Shown here piece after piece: positions 59,522 through 64,000 of a stretch of DNA of 64,000 nt. Position 1 is the stretch's first letter. The number at the start of each line of letters is the position of its first letter. This DNA is from an uncultured virus (IMG/VR IMGVR_UViG_2565956946_000004) (lineage: Duplodnaviria > Heunggongvirae > Uroviricota > Caudoviricetes). Under the pieces are notes generated by a model. The model ran no database searches. It saw only the letters and a program-made list of their open reading frames with translations, and was not told where the DNA came from. The stretch lies in IMG/VR virus record IMGVR_UViG_2565956946_000004. One strand, written 5' to 3'. The position numbers and the translations under genes were made by a program.

Positions 59522-60154
59522 GTGAACATCTATGAAGCTATTGAGGATGAAGTCCTCGCTCAGCTAGAAAAGGAGGACAGTTTAATTCAGCAGCATTTGA
59601 ATTTGTGCGCAAATGAGGATGCAAAACTCGCTTCAAAAGTGAAGGAAATCCTTTCTGGCGTTGTGCATCAAATGAATGCTGAACTTGATATGAATGCTAA
59701 CGACTCTGAATTTTCCCCTCTGTCATTTGCTAACGAGTTTATGTTGGCTCAGGGTGGGAATATTCAGGTTCGAAAAATCTATAAAAGCGGTACGGACTCT
59801 TGGACGCAGCGAGAGTTTTTGGGTGGAGAATCATTCCTTTTGTTTAAGGCTGGCATAAATGAAAGCCTCATTGAGCAAATGGACTTTTGGAAAGTTCAAG
59901 AGGACATCCTTGATTTAATTCACCTCCGCTTCAGACCCGCTTTTGCTGCCGATTTTGCAGAAATCATGGTTGATATAAATCGTGGCCGTCAGCTTTTTAA
60001 CGGATTGCATGAAACGCTGACGGAAGTTTTCGACAGCTTGTCATTTAGACCAGCGATCAAATCAATCCAAGAGGCAAAAGCGGAAATCAAGAAGCTCCGC
60101 TGTGTGCGCGAGCAAAAGATTCAAAGTTTAAAAAACAATGTGGCAGTGTGGTAA
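59522..60154 (+). CDS. Hypothetical protein ending in Trp
   Basis: RBS AAGGAG, GTG start; ends KNNVAVW*. Confidence 0.7.
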   Translation: MNIYEAIEDEVLAQLEKEDSLIQQHLNLCANEDAKLASKVKEILSGVVHQMNAELDMNANDSEFSPLSFANEFMLAQGGNIQVRKIYKSGTDSWTQREFLGGESFLLFKAGINESLIEQMDFWKVQEDILDLIHLRFRPAFAADFAEIMVDINRGRQLFNGLHETLTEVFDSLSFRPAIKSIQEAKAEIKKLRCVREQKIQSLKNNVAVW

Positions 60155-60157
60155 AAA

Positions 60158-60751
60158 ATGAGTAATACAGTACGCGTAATCGGGATTGACCCATCATTAA
60201 AGAATTTCGGAATCGTAGTTGCCGATGTGAATTTGGATGATCCAGATCTTTCATTCTCTGTTGTGAGCATGAACTTAATTAAATCTGAAGAGAACAAGGC
60301 AACTAAAAAAGTTGTTCGCAAAAACAGTGATGACTTACGCCGGGCAAAATCGCTTCATGATGGTTTAAAAGAAGCTTGTAAGGGTGCTTCATTTGCTATT
60401 TGCGAAGTTCCTGTTGGCTCTCAGTCAGCGCGAGCAATGGTTTCTTACGGTATTTGCATTGGGGTTTTGTCTAGTTGTCCGCTTCCTTTAATTCAAGTCA
60501 CACCGACCGAAGTAAAATTAGCTGGAACCGGCATTAAAACCGCAACAAAGGGCGAAATGATCGAAGCTGCAATGAATGCTCATCCTGAAGCTAAATGGCC
60601 AATGCGAAAAATCAAAGGCGTACTAGAGCCATTAAGTAGTAACGAACATTTGGCAGATGCTACTTTCGCGATTAAGGCAGGTTTGGACACCGACGAGTTT
60701 AAATCTGCAATTCAGATGCTCAAGCAGTTAAAAAATGCCCAACTAAATTAA
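60158..60751 (+). CDS. ruvC: RuvC-like Holliday junction resolvase
   Basis: IGIDPSLKNFG, CE, VTPTEVK...ATKGEMI, HLADA. Confidence 0.82.
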   Translation: MSNTVRVIGIDPSLKNFGIVVADVNLDDPDLSFSVVSMNLIKSEENKATKKVVRKNSDDLRRAKSLHDGLKEACKGASFAICEVPVGSQSARAMVSYGICIGVLSSCPLPLIQVTPTEVKLAGTGIKTATKGEMIEAAMNAHPEAKWPMRKIKGVLEPLSSNEHLADATFAIKAGLDTDEFKSAIQMLKQLKNAQLN

Positions 60752-60767
60752 AAAATTAGGCACTAGA

Positions 60768-60816
60768 TCAGTCAGTACTGACTATACTATTAAGGCGGCG
60801 ATTTGTCGCCTTAATA
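60768..60816 (+). promoter_or_regulatory. Operator TCAGTCA-GTAC-TGACTAT overlapping TATACT, followed by a hairpin
   Basis: Motif at 60768-60785; TATTAAGGCGGCGA/TGTCGCCTTAATA hairpin. Confidence 0.82.
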
Positions 60817-60833
60817 TTTTATTTATTAGGTTT

Positions 60834-61439
60834 TTGGATCACCAACAGATGAGCAATGACAAACTAAAACTCTTTGCAGAAGGAAATCCCGCTCGTGTTA
60901 CCGTTCGGTTAGACCCCCTCGAAAGAGATATTGAAGCCGCACTTAGTTACTCCAAAAGTAAGGCTATGAAAATAGCGGTAAACGAAGGCTTCATTTCCTC
61001 TCAATGCCTGAATTGTCATTGCTTTAAGGTTCAAAGCGAAGTTGTTCGCACTCGCAAGAGCTGGGAGGATGAGCTAAGAGTAACGATAAGATGTGATTCG
61101 CAAACGATTTTTCGACCAGTTATCTGCCCTGCTCCATTAGGCGCAAACGAGCTAACAAACAGCTTATCAAATCTCACATCGAGAGTAAGTGCGGCAGACC
61201 TTTCAGTCAAAGCAAGCGCAAGTGCAATTTCTTCGTTGGTAAGTCGAGTTGATTATGACTCGTTGCGGAATAAAAAAGCTGAATCATGGGATGGCTATTT
61301 TGAACGTGACTCAATTATCGTTCCACCCATAACGCCAAAGAAAACACCTGAAGAGCTAGAAAAAGAGCTTGAAGAAGCCTCAGATGAATCAGTGGGCATC
61401 ACAAAAGATACCCCTCGAACTGGTGGGGTGGCATGGTGA
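60834..61439 (+). CDS. Hypothetical protein ending PRTGGVAW
   Basis: CLNCHC motif; start codon uncertain (60834 TTG or 60849 ATG). Confidence 0.65.
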   Translation: MDHQQMSNDKLKLFAEGNPARVTVRLDPLERDIEAALSYSKSKAMKIAVNEGFISSQCLNCHCFKVQSEVVRTRKSWEDELRVTIRCDSQTIFRPVICPAPLGANELTNSLSNLTSRVSAADLSVKASASAISSLVSRVDYDSLRNKKAESWDGYFERDSIIVPPITPKKTPEELEKELEEASDESVGITKDTPRTGGVAW

Positions 61440-61753
61440 TTCTTCACAGACCTCGCAGCATGGGAAGGTTTGCCTTCAATCAAAAGCTTATAGATCAGCT
61501 CACAAAGGACTTAGCAAGACAAGGTAAAGACGTATGGGTGCCCTCTACCCCCGCCAAGCCGTCATCAAAGGCGATTTACATGGATGAATGGGACTCTATA
61601 GACCCTATGGCGAATGCTTGGGCGAAATCACTGTTCTCAAACATTGTCAAAGACGGAAAAGCAGCAGTGGTGATCGGCGTCGACGAAATCGAACCTGAAA
61701 AGGCTGCTCCGCTTGCTTCAGATAAACCCCGAACAAAAGCATTTGTTTGGTAA
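61433..61753 (+). CDS. Hypothetical protein ending PRTKAFVW
   Basis: Overlaps the upstream stop. Confidence 0.65.
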   Translation: MVILHRPRSMGRFAFNQKLIDQLTKDLARQGKDVWVPSTPAKPSSKAIYMDEWDSIDPMANAWAKSLFSNIVKDGKAAVVIGVDEIEPEKAAPLASDKPRTKAFVW

Positions 61754-61798
61754 TTCTCGTGGCGAAAGCCACACAACGTAACGCAACAAGGAAACAAA

Positions 61799-64000
61799 AT
61801 GACCAACCGTGTAACCAAACGCAACGGCTCTACGGAGCCTTTTTCTCAAGAAAAAATTGAGAAAGCGGTAATTTGGGCCACAAAAAACACAAACGTGCCA
61901 CCTCAATTAGTTATTGATAATGCAATTATGCTTATCTATGACGGTATTAAAACAAGCGACATTCAAGAAGCTTTAATTAGCGCAGCATCTAAACTAACTT
62001 CTGCAACCATGACAGATGCTTCATTTGTAGCGGCTCGCTTATTGCTCTTAGATTTATACAAACTTGTATGCGGCGAGCAAGGAAAGGTCGATGGTGGTGG
62101 TTTTAAATATCCTCACATTAAGGATTACATTCAGGGGGGTGTTTCTTGCAACCTTCTCGACCCTGCTTTATTGCAAAGCTACGACCTAGATAGAATTAAT
62201 GCCGCAATCAAGCCAGAGCGTGATTTGCTGTTTGGTTATTTAGGACTAGATACTCTAAAAGACCGTTACTTTATTCGCAAAAATCGCGATGTTAAGTACG
62301 AAAAAGCGACTGGTAAAACTTCAGGTGAAATTATCGAATTGCCGCAACATTTCTGGATGCGTGTAGCAATGGGTGTCGCAATTAAAGAAAAGCCTGAAAA
62401 CCGCACGGCGCGCGCTCTTGAATACTATGAAATGTATTCAACTTTGAACTATATCTCTTCAACACCAACGCTTTTCAATGCCGGTACATTACGCCCTCAG
62501 TTGTCTAGCTGTTACTTAAACCAAGTATCAGACACGATCACAGCCGAACTTGGTGACAGTCGTTATGCTTCAATCTTTGGAGCCATTGAAGAAACAGCTT
62601 TATTGTCTAAGTTTGCTGGTGGTATCGGCACAGATTGGACACCTGTGCGTGGTGAAAATGAAATCATCATTGGTACAAATGGTATCTCTAGCGGTGTTGT
62701 GCCTTACATCAAAGTTCAAAACAATACAGCTGTCGCGGTAAATCAAGGCGGTAAACGTAAAGGTTCTGTGGCGCCTTATCTTGAATCTTGGCATCCTGAT
62801 TTCATGTCCTTCTGTGAACTCAAGAAGGAAGCTGGTGATGACCGACTTCGTGCGCATGATGTATTCCCTGCCGCTTGGGTTCCTGATTTGTTAATGAAAC
62901 GCAAAGAAGACCCGGAAGCAATGTGGTCGTTCTTCTCTCCGCATAAATTCCCTGAGCTTCATGAGTTGTATGGCGAAGAATTTGAAGCCCGTTATGAAGA
63001 GCTTGAAGCGCTTGGTGAATTTGAGTTCCAATTGCCTGCAATTAAAGTGTGGCGTCATATTCTTTCTAACTTGTTTGAAACGGGCCACCCGTGGATTACA
63101 TTCAAAGACGAGAGTAACCGCCGTAACCCTCAGTCGCATGTGGGGGTAATTCACCACAGTAACTTGTGTACCGAAATCACGCTAAATACATCTAAAGAAG
63201 AAACAGCTGTTTGTAATCTTGGCTCAATCAACCTAGCCGTTGTAATGTCGGGCGATAATCCATTAGAAAAATTGCGTACAGCAGTTCGTTTGGCCATCCG
63301 AAATCTCGACTCGGTGATTGACGTAAACTACTACCCATCAGAACGCGCCAAACTCTCTAACCTTCGTCACCGCCCAATTGGTTTAGGTGTAATGGGTTAT
63401 TACGAGTGGCTAGTAAAACAAGGTGTAGATTTTGAAAGTGATCAACATCTTGAACAAGCAGACGCATTGTTTGAGGCAATTTCTTACTTTGCAATTGAAG
63501 CCTCAGCAGATCTAGCGCAAGAGCTTGGGTCATATCCTTCATTTGAAGGTTCTAAGTGGTCACAAGGCATCTTGCCAATTGACACTGCTAAGAAGATGGA
63601 AGATGGCAAGCCTTTCTTTGATCGCCCACGTCGTTTCGATTGGGAAGCCTTGCGCGAGAAAGTCAAGAAAGGCATGCGCAACTCAAACATCATGGCAATT
63701 GCACCAACGGCAACGATCTCAAACATTGCCGGTACAACCCAATGCACAGAAGTGCCATTCCTGCTTCAGTTCTATAAAACGAACTTAGGTGGCGTGTACA
63801 AAGTGATTGACCCATCGGTGCGTCATGTTGGAACAAACTATCACTTACTTAAAGAGGCGTTCTATGTTGATCAGCTATGGATTATTAAAGCCGCAGCTGT
63901 TCGACAAAAATGGATCTGTCAGTCTCAATCAACTAACTTGTTCGCTAAGCAAGGAACAACTGGTAGAGACTTAGACCTCATTTACACCGAAGCTCACCGC
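61799..64000 (+). CDS. nrdA: Class Ia ribonucleotide reductase large subunit (partial, runs off the window)
   Basis: ATP cone MTNRVTKRNGSTEPF; STPTLFNAG..QLSSCY; SNLCTEI; VCNLGSINL; AIAPTATIS all in one frame; missing from the ORF track because no stop lies in the window. Confidence 0.93.
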   Translation, partial: MTNRVTKRNGSTEPFSQEKIEKAVIWATKNTNVPPQLVIDNAIMLIYDGIKTSDIQEALISAASKLTSATMTDASFVAARLLLLDLYKLVCGEQGKVDGGGFKYPHIKDYIQGGVSCNLLDPALLQSYDLDRINAAIKPERDLLFGYLGLDTLKDRYFIRKNRDVKYEKATGKTSGEIIELPQHFWMRVAMGVAIKEKPENRTARALEYYEMYSTLNYISSTPTLFNAGTLRPQLSSCYLNQVSDTITAELGDSRYASIFGAIEETALLSKFAGGIGTDWTPVRGENEIIIGTNGISSGVVPYIKVQNNTAVAVNQGGKRKGSVAPYLESWHPDFMSFCELKKEAGDDRLRAHDVFPAAWVPDLLMKRKEDPEAMWSFFSPHKFPELHELYGEEFEARYEELEALGEFEFQLPAIKVWRHILSNLFETGHPWITFKDESNRRNPQSHVGVIHHSNLCTEITLNTSKEETAVCNLGSINLAVVMSGDNPLEKLRTAVRLAIRNLDSVIDVNYYPSERAKLSNLRHRPIGLGVMGYYEWLVKQGVDFESDQHLEQADALFEAISYFAIEASADLAQELGSYPSFEGSKWSQGILPIDTAKKMEDGKPFFDRPRRFDWEALREKVKKGMRNSNIMAIAPTATISNIAGTTQCTEVPFLLQFYKTNLGGVYKVIDPSVRHVGTNYHLLKEAFYVDQLWIIKAAAVRQKWICQSQSTNLFAKQGTTGRDLDLIYTEAHR

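Noticed and set aside
62550..63788. Several short ORFs listed in the ORF track
   Set aside because: They overlap the continuous nrdA frame that runs off the window end

Overview
This window is about 64 kb of a large temperate phage-plasmid. Gene content and organisation resemble the ~110-kb Acinetobacter phage-plasmids, but host and family are inferred, not verified. It opens with a complete IS26 (1-820) that truncates a virion gene. A lambda-like siphovirus tail operon follows: tube, G/GT chaperone with a GGGAAAG -1 frameshift, a tape measure gene split by a premature TAA, gpM/L/K/I, a 3892-aa multi-module gpJ fibre and a fibre chaperone. Next come a small lipoprotein moron, holin/endolysin, and an iteron/DnaA-box Rep_3 plasmid replicon. 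The window also carries a ParA partition pair, a tyrosine recombinase beside a lox-like palindrome, and an XRE repressor. A large lytic replication/recombination set includes helicase, primase, ligase, guanylate kinase, a CobT/CobS-like vWA-MoxR pair, a sigma-like factor, DnaE fused to a UDG-like domain, UvsY-like and gp32-like proteins, a 5'-3' exonuclease, intein-containing RecA, SbcDC, RuvC and a partial NrdA. The most notable unexplained signals are three. (1) Five unrelated hypothetical proteins end in W-G-x-[WF]-[SA]-stop, and three more end in Trp, suggesting a shared C-terminal sorting or recognition tag. (2) At least 18 copies of a palindrome TCAGTCA-N4-TGACT(G/T/A) sit at early and late promoters. 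(3) An Hfq/Sm-like protein is encoded at the head of the helicase operon.
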